From Candidatus Omnitrophota bacterium (lineage in GTDB: Bacteria; Omnitrophota; Gorgyraeia; Gorgyraeales; Gorgyraeaceae): DNA of 64,000 nucleotides. Of this stretch, positions 18,532 to 27,410 are shown piece after piece. The stretch lies in the NCBI GenBank assembly GCA_043814965.1, contig JBDRJN010000003.1:136677-200676 (forward strand), read 5' to 3'. A program made the translations under genes and the position numbers. The first letter of the stretch is position 1; each line of letters begins with the position of its first letter. The notes below the pieces were generated by a model. The model made no database searches, had not been told where the DNA came from, and was given only the letters and a program-made list of their open reading frames with translations.

Positions 18532-20307
18532 CTATGTTAAAACCTTATCCTCTGTCTGATCTCTAAATAAATCCTGGAATTCTTTATTATTGCCAAGGAG
18601 TTCTTCTACATTGCCGATCACCATCTCTCCTGAACTATTCAAAAAATACACTAGCTCTGACCGTTTTACAGTAGATAAGCGGTGGGAGACGCTGATAAGC
18701 GTGATATCCTTAGCATATCCCCTGATATTCTCTATTATCCTATCTTCACTCAGGGAATCCATGGAAGCAAATGCCTCATCAAGTATTAAGATCTTTGGCT
18801 TTTTTATAAGCGCGCGCGCAATAGCTATCTTCTGCTTTTGTCCTTCTGATATCTTACATGCATTTTCACCGATTATTGTTTCATACTTATCATGCAGCTT
18901 TTCAGTAAACTCATCTACCAGGGCTATCTTAGCGCACTTTATAACATCTTCAAAGCTAGCCAGGTTATTTCCATAAAGGATATTATTTTTTATGCTATCA
19001 TTAAAGAGGTTCGGCTCCTGCAGCGCCATTCCAATACTATTTTTAAGCGAATTTAGGGACACATCCCTAATATTTTGCCCATCTATTATTATCTCGCCTC
19101 CATCGACCTCGTACAGCCTGGCGATCAGATTCAGGATCGTGGTCTTACCCTGCCCTGAAGGCCCAGCCAAGCTAATGTGCGTTCCCCCTTTTATCTTAAG
19201 ATCGAGGCCTTTTAAAATAAGTTGATCTTTCGAGTATCCAAAATTTACTTTTTTAAATTCTATCTCGCCTTTAGTTACAATAATATATTTTGCGTCTTCC
19301 CTGTCTGCTATCTCCTCTTTTTCATTCAAGATATTCTCTACTCTCTCACATGATACAAGGCCCAGGACAGTGCTTTGAAAAAACGATATAAAGCCGTATT
19401 GCATGTTCACTAGCTGGCCTAGATACACCAGGATCGCTGTGAGAGTGCCAAAGCTTATCTCACCTCTTATCACATGATAGCCTCCATAAAATGTAATAAG
19501 CCCTATTATGACCTTATCCAATACTTTGGCTGAAAACCCGCTAAAGATATCTAGTTTTGTACTGCTTTTTTCTAGCTCAATATTGTTTTTTAAGATGTTT
19601 AGGTATTTTTCTTTTTCATCTTTTTCCTTGCCAAATACCTTTATTAAATACGAGTGAGAAAAACTCTCCTGCAGGAATTTAAATATGCTTTGAGAGCACT
19701 CTATTAGCTTCTCCCAGATCGATCTACGTTTTTTGATAAAATAATACGGCCCTATATAAAGGAATGGCGCTAAAAAAAGTGAAAATAACGCTATCTTCCA
19801 GTTTAGCTTTAATATAATAATAAATATAAAAGCAATCCTAGGGAAAAGCATCACTGCCTTTGGGGGGATGCTTGTAATAAGCGTATTTACCCTATCTATA
19901 TCGCTGCTTATCTTATAGATATTTTCACCTGTTGATCTATCTCTAAACCATGCGAGAGACAACTTATTGATCTTACTAAACACCGCATTATTTAGGCTGT
20001 ATTTGACATCCAGGCTTACTTTTTTCTCTAGATATTCCTTGAGACCTTCTATCGCGCCAAGCGCAATAAATACCAATATCCCTAGGCTAGCAAGCAGCAC
20101 AAACTGCCTCAGGTCTTTTTTTATTATCCCTTCATCAACTATTAGTTTTGTTATATATGGATTTACTACGCTTAATAAGCTCCAGAAACTACCTAATAAG
20201 ATTATTAAAACCCACTTTGCCTTGTGAGGCAGGATAAGCCTTACAAATCTAAAAAAAAGCTGGGTCTGACTTTTTGCCTGATCAAGTTTTGGCTGGAATT
20301 TTCTCAT
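18532..20307 (-). CDS. ABC exporter with fused permease and ATPase (MsbA/type I exporter-like)
   Basis: Six predicted TM helices followed by Walker A LAGPSGQGKTT, signature LSEGQKQKIAIARAL and Walker B ILILDEAFASMD. No N-terminal C39 peptidase domain. 4-bp overlap with the AbiEii gene. Confidence 0.8.
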   Translation of the reverse strand: MRKFQPKLDQAKSQTQLFFRFVRLILPHKAKWVLIILLGSFWSLLSVVNPYITKLIVDEGIIKKDLRQFVLLASLGILVFIALGAIEGLKEYLEKKVSLDVKYSLNNAVFSKINKLSLAWFRDRSTGENIYKISSDIDRVNTLITSIPPKAVMLFPRIAFIFIIILKLNWKIALFSLFLAPFLYIGPYYFIKKRRSIWEKLIECSQSIFKFLQESFSHSYLIKVFGKEKDEKEKYLNILKNNIELEKSSTKLDIFSGFSAKVLDKVIIGLITFYGGYHVIRGEISFGTLTAILVYLGQLVNMQYGFISFFQSTVLGLVSCERVENILNEKEEIADREDAKYIIVTKGEIEFKKVNFGYSKDQLILKGLDLKIKGGTHISLAGPSGQGKTTILNLIARLYEVDGGEIIIDGQNIRDVSLNSLKNSIGMALQEPNLFNDSIKNNILYGNNLASFEDVIKCAKIALVDEFTEKLHDKYETIIGENACKISEGQKQKIAIARALIKKPKILILDEAFASMDSLSEDRIIENIRGYAKDITLISVSHRLSTVKRSELVYFLNSSGEMVIGNVEELLGNNKEFQDLFRDQTEDKVLT

Positions 20308-21077
20308 TTCATGCTTTTTATATACTCACAAAAATACAGCACCTTCTTTGAATCGCTTGGTTTAAATAAAAAAGGTTCTACATCTTTTGACAAGTGTTTA
20401 AAATCCAACTTTTTACATTTTAATAAAAGTTTCTCTTTTAACTCATCTATATCCTTAATGCCTGGCTTCGCTCTTAAATAATCAAAATTAGGCCTTGCCT
20501 TGCCAAAAAGATAAATGGCATCATAAAAATCCCTCCCCATTGCGCGCTTACGTTTAAGGATAGCATATATCTTTTGCGCCAGCAATATGTCAGGCGGCAC
20601 TATATTTATCCGCAAAAATACGTCAAATTTATTTATAATAACTTTGTCAGGGGCATAATCAAAATTCTGGGGTTCAGCATCTAGCTGGATTAGTATCTTT
20701 TCCTCTTTATGCCAGGATAATCCACTTTCAAAAAGTACATTCGGGATCCTTAAATAAGCCCTGTAAGCGCCTTTAAAAACATTCCTGGCCTCTGATATAT
20801 ATCCCTGTAAGGCCAATTGCCTTTTTACTAACCCTGCCAATCGCTCAAATTCTCTTTTATTTAGCCCTAGATTATCAAAATCCAAATCTTCTGAAAACCT
20901 TGTGTTTGAATGTATAATGCGTATAGCTGTCCCTCCCATAAAAGAGAGTTTCCCCCCAAATCTTGAATTAAAAATAATCTCGAGTATTTTATACTGCAGG
21001 TATTCGCGTAGTAAATTTCTCTTAAAAACCTTAAGATATTCAGGATAAAAAGACTCTATCTCTCTTATATCAAGCAT
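20304..21077 (-). CDS. AbiEii/AbiGii-family nucleotidyltransferase toxin (type IV toxin-antitoxin)
   Basis: LSFMGGTAIRIIHSNTRFSEDLDFD matches the DUF1814/AbiEii core. 8-bp overlap with the upstream antitoxin. Confidence 0.65.
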   Translation of the reverse strand: MLDIREIESFYPEYLKVFKRNLLREYLQYKILEIIFNSRFGGKLSFMGGTAIRIIHSNTRFSEDLDFDNLGLNKREFERLAGLVKRQLALQGYISEARNVFKGAYRAYLRIPNVLFESGLSWHKEEKILIQLDAEPQNFDYAPDKVIINKFDVFLRINIVPPDILLAQKIYAILKRKRAMGRDFYDAIYLFGKARPNFDYLRAKPGIKDIDELKEKLLLKCKKLDFKHLSKDVEPFLFKPSDSKKVLYFCEYIKSMK

Positions 21078-21687
21078 GGCTCATAAACCTCAAGAAAGAC
21101 TCTGATCTTTTTCTTAATGCCTTCTGATTAAACCTCTCAAGAAACATATATAGCTTTTCTTTGCTAAGCTGCTTAAAAAACATATCCTTATTTATGCGTA
21201 AACTCGCAAAACCATCTTCATCTTTTATGTTCGGATTAATATATAAATAATCCAAAATAGCCTTTTCCATGCTGGCAATCTTAAAATATTTATCCCCATA
21301 TTTTACCAAAATATACCCAAAAAAAAGCCTGGGCGTTACAGTCCTATATATAAATTCTGCTATCCGGGTCTTGAATCTATATGTCCTGCGGGTAGAAACA
21401 GCGGTAATTCCGTAGACGCTTTCAGGGATCAACTGGTAATAAGAAAGCGCCATCTCAAAAGAAATATATGAAGGAGGATATATCTTGTTGGAGATCTCGA
21501 AAAGCGCCTTTTCATTAAGCTTTAAATCAGAAAAGACATAATACCCCCTCACTACCTTTATAATATACCCCTTATCCTGCCATTCATTCAGCCTTGTGCG
21601 GAAAAAATTACCTTTAAGGGATTTAATGTCATTAAAGGAAAATATCGTGAAGTCCTTTAGGGCATTTCTTAATTCAAGATAGTGCAT
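21070..21687 (-). CDS. AbiEi-family antitoxin / transcriptional regulator
   Basis: 205 aa immediately upstream of and overlapping AbiEii. N-terminal winged-helix-like region (RTRLNEWQDKGYIIKVVRGYYVF). Confidence 0.55.
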   Translation of the reverse strand: MHYLELRNALKDFTIFSFNDIKSLKGNFFRTRLNEWQDKGYIIKVVRGYYVFSDLKLNEKALFEISNKIYPPSYISFEMALSYYQLIPESVYGITAVSTRRTYRFKTRIAEFIYRTVTPRLFFGYILVKYGDKYFKIASMEKAILDYLYINPNIKDEDGFASLRINKDMFFKQLSKEKLYMFLERFNQKALRKRSESFLRFMSHA

Positions 21688-21770
21688 TATATTTCTCCAA
21701 GATACTATTTTTAGTACTTATACGAAATATATTACCCTATTTATGGGGAAAATGCAAGGAATTTTTCATT

Positions 21771-22901
21771 TTAAACTTTTAACTTTTTCGCATCCTCCAG
21801 CATCTTCGCCCTCGCATGCGCCACTTCGCAGAAATAATCTATCGGCTTATCGAGCTCTCCACACTCAAGATGCGCATGAGCAGGACACCATAAACATAGG
21901 TTCACAATATTACAAACCTTACATTTCTCAAGAAATTCTTTCCTGTTTGAAGTCATTGCTCTTACGTTAGGTACAAAGTTCTCCCAAGCATCCCTAAGAG
22001 TCCCTTTTCTTAGATCATACATACATTTAGGATTGTGCAGAGATGAACAAAGCTTGAACATGCCTTCATAGCTGATATCAAAGTTACTATTACCTGCGCC
22101 GCAATAAAATATATTATTTCCATCAGAATGTGAATCTTTAGATAAAATAAGACTTGAACAGTTTTTCTCCAAAAACTGAAACCTCTTGGAGTCCTGACTT
22201 TCTACTATAATTATCTCATCAGGAGAAAGTCTTTCTAAAGATATTTCTTGATTCCTTTTTTTGTCAGAATCAAATCTCATGTGCAGAAAAGGATCAAAAC
22301 GAAAATAATCAGTAGTCCTTTCTCTACAAAAACTAGCTATTTGAGGTAACTCATCAACATTAGAGTGTAGTGCCATTGCTTTAAAACGTACTTTTATCTT
22401 ATTTTTAAGCAATATATCAAGTCCTTTCATAAATGCCTCGAAAGAACCAGGCTTTCTAGTAACCTTTTCATAGGTTTTTTTCGTAACACCATATACTGTC
22501 ACTTCCAGGTTTCTCGGAGGATATTTTTTAAATAAATCTATATGTCTGTCAGTTATCAACGTAGCATTAGTAAACACTGACACAAATAATCCCATTTTTT
22601 TAAGTAATATATAAACCTCAAAAAAATCCTCTCTCAATAATGGCTCACCGCCTGTTATAAGACACCATACAGCCCCCATATTCACTGCTTGAGTTGCTAT
22701 ATGTTCTATCTCGCTAATAGTTAATTCTTTCTTTTTTGCATCAGCATCATTTTTAGGTAGGTTTATATAGCAGTGTCTGCAATTATTATTACATCTTGCG
22801 GTAAGTTCTAGATTAAAAGAAATGATATTCATTCCTTCTTTCATCTTATCCCACATCTTAAAATCAGGTAATTTCTTACGCTTTACGAAAGGACTATCCA
22901 T
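21771..22901 (-). CDS. Radical SAM/SPASM-domain peptide-modifying enzyme (paralog A)
   Basis: CNNNCRHC CX3CX2C motif and GGEPLL. C-terminal Cys-rich SPASM region (CKVCNIVNLCLWCP...CGEL...YFCEVAHA). 8-bp overlap with the peptidase gene. Confidence 0.8.
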   Translation of the reverse strand: MDSPFVKRKKLPDFKMWDKMKEGMNIISFNLELTARCNNNCRHCYINLPKNDADAKKKELTISEIEHIATQAVNMGAVWCLITGGEPLLREDFFEVYILLKKMGLFVSVFTNATLITDRHIDLFKKYPPRNLEVTVYGVTKKTYEKVTRKPGSFEAFMKGLDILLKNKIKVRFKAMALHSNVDELPQIASFCRERTTDYFRFDPFLHMRFDSDKKRNQEISLERLSPDEIIIVESQDSKRFQFLEKNCSSLILSKDSHSDGNNIFYCGAGNSNFDISYEGMFKLCSSLHNPKCMYDLRKGTLRDAWENFVPNVRAMTSNRKEFLEKCKVCNIVNLCLWCPAHAHLECGELDKPIDYFCEVAHARAKMLEDAKKLKV

Positions 22902-23427
22902 TTAACACTACCTTCTTGATCCGATCTCTTATAAAAAGTGGTATCAATATTCTCCATAGATATATAAAAAGATTAATAAGCCTGGTCTTTGTTAAAAAAA
23001 AGATCAGAAAACGCGTTCTCCTGTTGCCAAAAAAAATATTCTTATTATTTCTTTCTATTTTTTCTACAAATGCCAGCATATCTTCTTTTTTAATTATGCC
23101 ATCTATCCATAACATACTATCGCCTTTTAAGACATAACAGTCTCTTTTTCTTCCTATTATTCTATGAACAGTAAGCCGCCTTGTAACAGGATGTATAAAA
23201 GCAGCCATATCTCCAAGACAAAAATCACCTTTGTCGTTTAATCGACAAAGTGTTATTGTATCCCCATCCATAATAAAAGGTGACATACTAAACCCCTTTG
23301 CCTTAAACCTAAATCCAGCGTTTTTGTTTAACGTTACTTTGAGTAACTCTATAAAAGCTGAGCTGTCAAAAACGATGTCCTGTCCTTCTTTTATAAAATA
23401 ACTAGCTTTATTTCTTTCGATTTTCAA
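22894..23427 (-). CDS. S26-family signal peptidase-like protein, probably ER/SipW-type S26B (candidate leader peptidase)
   Basis: GFSMSPFIMDGD (Ser box) and TVHRIIGRKRD (His in place of the box-D Lys, as in S26B). 177 aa. Translationally coupled within the operon. Confidence 0.5.
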   Translation of the reverse strand: MKIERNKASYFIKEGQDIVFDSSAFIELLKVTLNKNAGFRFKAKGFSMSPFIMDGDTITLCRLNDKGDFCLGDMAAFIHPVTRRLTVHRIIGRKRDCYVLKGDSMLWIDGIIKKEDMLAFVEKIERNNKNIFFGNRRTRFLIFFLTKTRLINLFIYLWRILIPLFIRDRIKKVVLNG

Positions 23428-23758
23428 TCACCATCTTTCTTTTTAAAAGCTCATTCGTCAATCCTAGCACATCTTCCTTGATCTCGTCTTTCCCTCCCTC
23501 AAACTTTTCAGCTAGCCGTCCTATGACTTCTTCAAGTGTACTCTTGCCATCAAGCTCATTCCATATGGCCCTACCAGTCTCATTCAGAGTAAATATCTCG
23601 TCCTCCATATCCCCTACTCCGGAAGTTATAGGGATTATTATAAATTCCCCTTGTATTTCGCGAGCCACCACAGCTTCCGATATCTTATAAGTTTTTTTAA
23701 TATCAAGCGCTGTTTTCATAAATCGTCTCCTTTTTTTAAAAAACCTTTTTATTGACAA
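23408..23758 (-). CDS. PqqD-family peptide chaperone (stand-alone RiPP recognition element)
   Basis: 116 aa. VVAREIQGEFIIIPI...FTLNETGRAIWNELDGKSTLEEVIGRLAEKFEG follows the PqqD pattern. Confidence 0.7.
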   Translation of the reverse strand: MSIKRFFKKRRRFMKTALDIKKTYKISEAVVAREIQGEFIIIPITSGVGDMEDEIFTLNETGRAIWNELDGKSTLEEVIGRLAEKFEGGKDEIKEDVLGLTNELLKRKMVIENRKK

Positions 23759-24935
23759 ACCTATCTATTCTTTTTTTCCAATCTTTAACTTCCCATGCAT
23801 TTTCGCTTTTTCCTATAAGACCTAGAAATCTAGCCTGAACATGGGCAATTTTACACAAGTATTCTACAGGAGTATCTAGAGTTCCATGCTCTGACCAGGA
23901 CTTCCCAGGACATTGTTCACATAGGCCTTTTAAAAAACACCTGGCACACCGAGACAGATATTCTGGATCTTTAGCTTTTATCTTTCTTATTTTTGGAAAA
24001 AAATTAATGACAGCATCTCTTAGGGAGCCTTTTTTGAGATCATAAACTAAGTCGGGATGCCTCACCAGCATACAAGGCTGAAAATTGCCATAACTATCCA
24101 CGCAACCGCTATCTTTTCCTGATCCGCAAGAAAAGATATACTCACCTGAAGGATGCATGAACTTTGAACAAAATTCCTGCATACTTTTGATATGGTTTTT
24201 TTGCTTTCCTTTGGAAATATCCAAACTTTCTTTAGGTACAACTCTAAGTTTTTTTATGATATCATTCTTTTTAGTATCATCTCTGCGAGACCTCAGGTCA
24301 AAAGATGCTGAATATGATGGCTTTTTTTTGTCCATCCATGGAATAGTACTAGTCCATTTTTCAAATTCTTCCATGTCTTTTTTATTGGTAGGTAAAAGCG
24401 TTCCTTTAACAATAAAAGGAATATTGTGTTTCAATAATAGGTCTATTCCCCTCTTAAAATCCTTAAAAGACCCTTTGATCCGTGTACAAGCTTCATAAGA
24501 AGACTCTTTCATACCATAGACGCTTACTTCTATTTTTTTTAATGGCGGAATATCATTAAAGAGCTCTGCTAAATGAGGGGTGATCAAGGTAGCATTTGTA
24601 AATAAGATGACCTTTAGCCCTAACTTTCTTGCGTATACATAAAGCTCTTCAAAATCCTCTCTTAAAAGCGGCTCCCCTCCTGTAAATCTTACAACCATAC
24701 AACCAAGCTCAACTGCTTCTTTTAATATGGTCTTTATCTTATCTGTCGAGAGCTCTCTTTTTTTAGCATCTCTGTCATCGATGGGTAGATTTATATAGCA
24801 ATGTATACAATTGCTATTACACCTTTCCGTAATTTCAATGTCAAGATGAGGCAGGGGAGAAGTTTTTATTCTCCAATAAAAATCCTTACCTATTATCTTC
24901 TTAGTAGCATAAGAAATATTCTTTTTCATTATCAC
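23736..24935 (-). CDS. Radical SAM/SPASM-domain peptide-modifying enzyme (paralog B, PqqE-like)
   Basis: CNSNCIHCYINLP and GGEPLLREDF. Closely similar to paralog A over the first 120 aa or so. C-terminal SPASM cysteines (CARCFLKGLCEQCPG...YLCKIAHV). Confidence 0.8.
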   Translation of the reverse strand: MIMKKNISYATKKIIGKDFYWRIKTSPLPHLDIEITERCNSNCIHCYINLPIDDRDAKKRELSTDKIKTILKEAVELGCMVVRFTGGEPLLREDFEELYVYARKLGLKVILFTNATLITPHLAELFNDIPPLKKIEVSVYGMKESSYEACTRIKGSFKDFKRGIDLLLKHNIPFIVKGTLLPTNKKDMEEFEKWTSTIPWMDKKKPSYSASFDLRSRRDDTKKNDIIKKLRVVPKESLDISKGKQKNHIKSMQEFCSKFMHPSGEYIFSCGSGKDSGCVDSYGNFQPCMLVRHPDLVYDLKKGSLRDAVINFFPKIRKIKAKDPEYLSRCARCFLKGLCEQCPGKSWSEHGTLDTPVEYLCKIAHVQARFLGLIGKSENAWEVKDWKKRIDRFVNKKVF

Positions 24936-24950
24936 TGTATATCAGCTGAA

Positions 24951-26918
24951 CTATATATCTTGTAATATGTTCAATATATTTCCGCTTTTGTCAAAATAAA
25001 GATTATAAAATGTACCTTCATCGGCCATTTTTTCGATAAACTGGAGGGATTTTTCCCACCACTCTACCGTAACGAATGGCTTTATTAAACGCGGAAGAAG
25101 CTTTCTGGTTATTTCTCTTTTATCATTGATCAATTCTATCTTATTTTCCTTTGATTTATTCAGAAAAAATACCCCTTTTAGTAGAGCCGAAGCATTAGAG
25201 ACTTCAGGTATCTCACCATGGCTCCATGTACCATACATCTTAAACCCTTCAGGCTGCTTCCTAACGATAATTCTATCATCGCAGAGTATTTTTGAGCTGC
25301 CTTTTAGCATTTTTATCATTGTGGATTTACCAGCTCCTGACACACCAACAAAAAGCAACCCCTTCCCTTCGAGTTCAACGCCACTTGCGTGCAAGACACA
25401 GCCCTCTCTATCTGCCAATAATCTTGCTAAAAATATTTGATCTGTTGGGAGAAGGCTGAGGGTTTGTAAACCTCCTTTAGAAAAATGCTTTCCTATGTTA
25501 CTATACACACTAATGCTGGTATGCTCATTATTGAATACTACTATCTTATGGATCTTTTTTTCTATATTATCCGGCAATATCCCCATATATATCCAGGAAA
25601 GGCCTTTCTTATATATTGCCCAAGGGAGTCTTTTATAATATAGCTCCCCTAAATCCTTTTCCTTAAGATCAGGTAATTTAAAATGATGTCTTATCTTAAC
25701 GATATCTTTCCCTGGTTTATTTACTTCAAATTGCTTAAACTTAGCGCTAAATGTCTTATTATTTATAGGCATATCTGAGTCTACTCGTATTGTTACATCT
25801 GCGATATTAAAATAGCGCCTGTTATTTTTCTTCCAATCTTCTTTAAGCTTCCTATTTTCTTTTGCCATATCACACAGATAGTCGATCTTTTTGCTAAATT
25901 TACGGTGCTCAAGATAACTATACACAGGACAGATAAGGCAATTGCTTTTCAAATCACACTTGCCGCAATTCCTTAAATAATCTTTCGTAACCTTTATCTT
26001 ATCTGCCAAAGATGGGATAAGCTCTTCCCAGACTTTTTTAAAACTGCTTTTTTTTAAACTATACCTAAGGCCAGGTTCTTTGACAAACGAGCAAAAACTC
26101 ATCCCACCATAAGGATCTATATGAAATTCTCTTCTATTCTTTATGCACGAAGAAAAAAGGTGTGTCTCTGGTTTTGGACAAAGACCAGTATTTCTATTAT
26201 CCTCGGTAGATAAATCTATTGTATCAAGCCTTGCTGCCTCTTTCGGCGAAAGACGCTGGTAAATTATCTCTTTATTGACTTTTTCATCACCGCTTGCTGA
26301 TAAAAAAAGCCAGGCTGCTCCTATCCTATAGTGTTTACTCAAAGACCGGGCCAATAGTTTCATTTTCTCAAATTCATGGTAATTATCTCTCATAGGGACA
26401 AGCTGTATCATAAAACCAGCTCTTGCCTCTTTTAGATATCTAATGCCTTGCATGGTAGCCTCAAAAGAACCTGGATTTCTCGTAATATGATCATGCACTT
26501 TGGCTGTAGCGCCATAAAGCGCTATCATCTTTGCTCCGATCCTTTTAAAAAGTCCTGCGATCTTTTTTGTAATAAGTGACCCATTAGTATTAATACTATA
26601 TGATCTTGAATTAGAGGTTATATAATCGAATATCTCTAAAAAATCAGGCCTTAGTATTGGTTCACCGCCTGATATAGACCATTTGTGACAACCCATAGTC
26701 TTTGCATCATCTACTATTTTTTTTATATCTTCCAAGGAAAGTTCATGTCTTTTGTCTTTAGAATCAGGCGATATCCTAAGCCAGCAATGTCTGCAATTAT
26801 TATTACAACGGTATGTCAAGTCAATAATCCCTTCAAAAGGAAGTCTCGGCATATTAAATGACCTTTTCATTAAAACATATCTATCCTGATGTCTATTAGA
26901 TTTTATAAGATTACTCAT
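24951..26918 (-). CDS. Fusion protein: N-terminal radical SAM/SPASM enzyme plus a C-terminal HPr-kinase-like P-loop domain
   Basis: CNNNCRHCW and GGEPIL. SPASM region CGKCDLKSNCLICP...YLCDMAKE. The C-terminal roughly 280 aa carry VLHASGVELEGKGLLFVGVSGAGKST...ILCDDRIIV, matching the HprK C-domain Walker A and LxxDD pattern. Confidence 0.75.
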   Translation of the reverse strand: MSNLIKSNRHQDRYVLMKRSFNMPRLPFEGIIDLTYRCNNNCRHCWLRISPDSKDKRHELSLEDIKKIVDDAKTMGCHKWSISGGEPILRPDFLEIFDYITSNSRSYSINTNGSLITKKIAGLFKRIGAKMIALYGATAKVHDHITRNPGSFEATMQGIRYLKEARAGFMIQLVPMRDNYHEFEKMKLLARSLSKHYRIGAAWLFLSASGDEKVNKEIIYQRLSPKEAARLDTIDLSTEDNRNTGLCPKPETHLFSSCIKNRREFHIDPYGGMSFCSFVKEPGLRYSLKKSSFKKVWEELIPSLADKIKVTKDYLRNCGKCDLKSNCLICPVYSYLEHRKFSKKIDYLCDMAKENRKLKEDWKKNNRRYFNIADVTIRVDSDMPINNKTFSAKFKQFEVNKPGKDIVKIRHHFKLPDLKEKDLGELYYKRLPWAIYKKGLSWIYMGILPDNIEKKIHKIVVFNNEHTSISVYSNIGKHFSKGGLQTLSLLPTDQIFLARLLADREGCVLHASGVELEGKGLLFVGVSGAGKSTMIKMLKGSSKILCDDRIIVRKQPEGFKMYGTWSHGEIPEVSNASALLKGVFFLNKSKENKIELINDKREITRKLLPRLIKPFVTVEWWEKSLQFIEKMADEGTFYNLYFDKSGNILNILQDI

Positions 26919-27050
26919 GTAAAGTTAATATATTTACTCTTGGGCCTTTGGCGGGAAACAAAATGTGAATAATAAAAACAAGACCAGGCTACTAAGTAAT
27001 TTCCTAGTCACAACTGCTTCATCGATAAAATATCAAGCAATGATTAAAAA

Positions 27051-27254
27051 TCAAGACTGATCAAGATTATAACAAACTGCGCATTCTCGCGGCCATGAAA
27101 TCGCAGTAAAAGACTGACAGCCGCCAAATACTGAGCCTGCATAGATATAATATGTCTCATCCTTCTTACAGATCGTCAAGACATTTTCACCCTTGGCTTT
27201 TACCATTACGACCAGATTTGGTTTTTTCCACTTGTTTCTTGGTTTCTTCACCAT
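27051..27254 (-). CDS. Candidate RiPP precursor peptide (67 aa) with a PqqA-like leader (KWKKP...), a Cys-containing core and a C-terminal Ser
   Basis: First gene of the operon. RBS AGAGGGA sits 6 nt before the ATG. Leader MVKKPRNKWKKPNLVVMVKAKGENVLTICKKDET is shared with a paralog at 33999-34223. Core ends ...RECAVCYNLDQS. Confidence 0.55.
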   Translation of the reverse strand: MVKKPRNKWKKPNLVVMVKAKGENVLTICKKDETYYIYAGSVFGGCQSFTAISWPRECAVCYNLDQS

Positions 27255-27410
27255 CTTATCCCTCTAACCTCAATATTATAAGAAGTTACATATATCATTT
27301 TCTTTATTAAAGAGTACATTATATATGTTAGATTGTCAAGAGAATTTGTTACTTCTATTACCCAATAATATATATTGCTTTATACCTAGCTATATGCTAT
27401 TTATTATAGT

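Noticed and set aside
21771-27254. Canonical lasso-peptide or PQQ biosynthetic cluster
   Set aside because: There is no AsnB-like cyclase and no transglutaminase-type B2 peptidase in the operon, so it is not a lasso cluster. There is no PqqB or PqqC, and the precursor is far longer than PqqA, so it is not a PQQ cluster. It is treated as a distinct rSAM-based system that borrows a lasso-type kinase and NTase.
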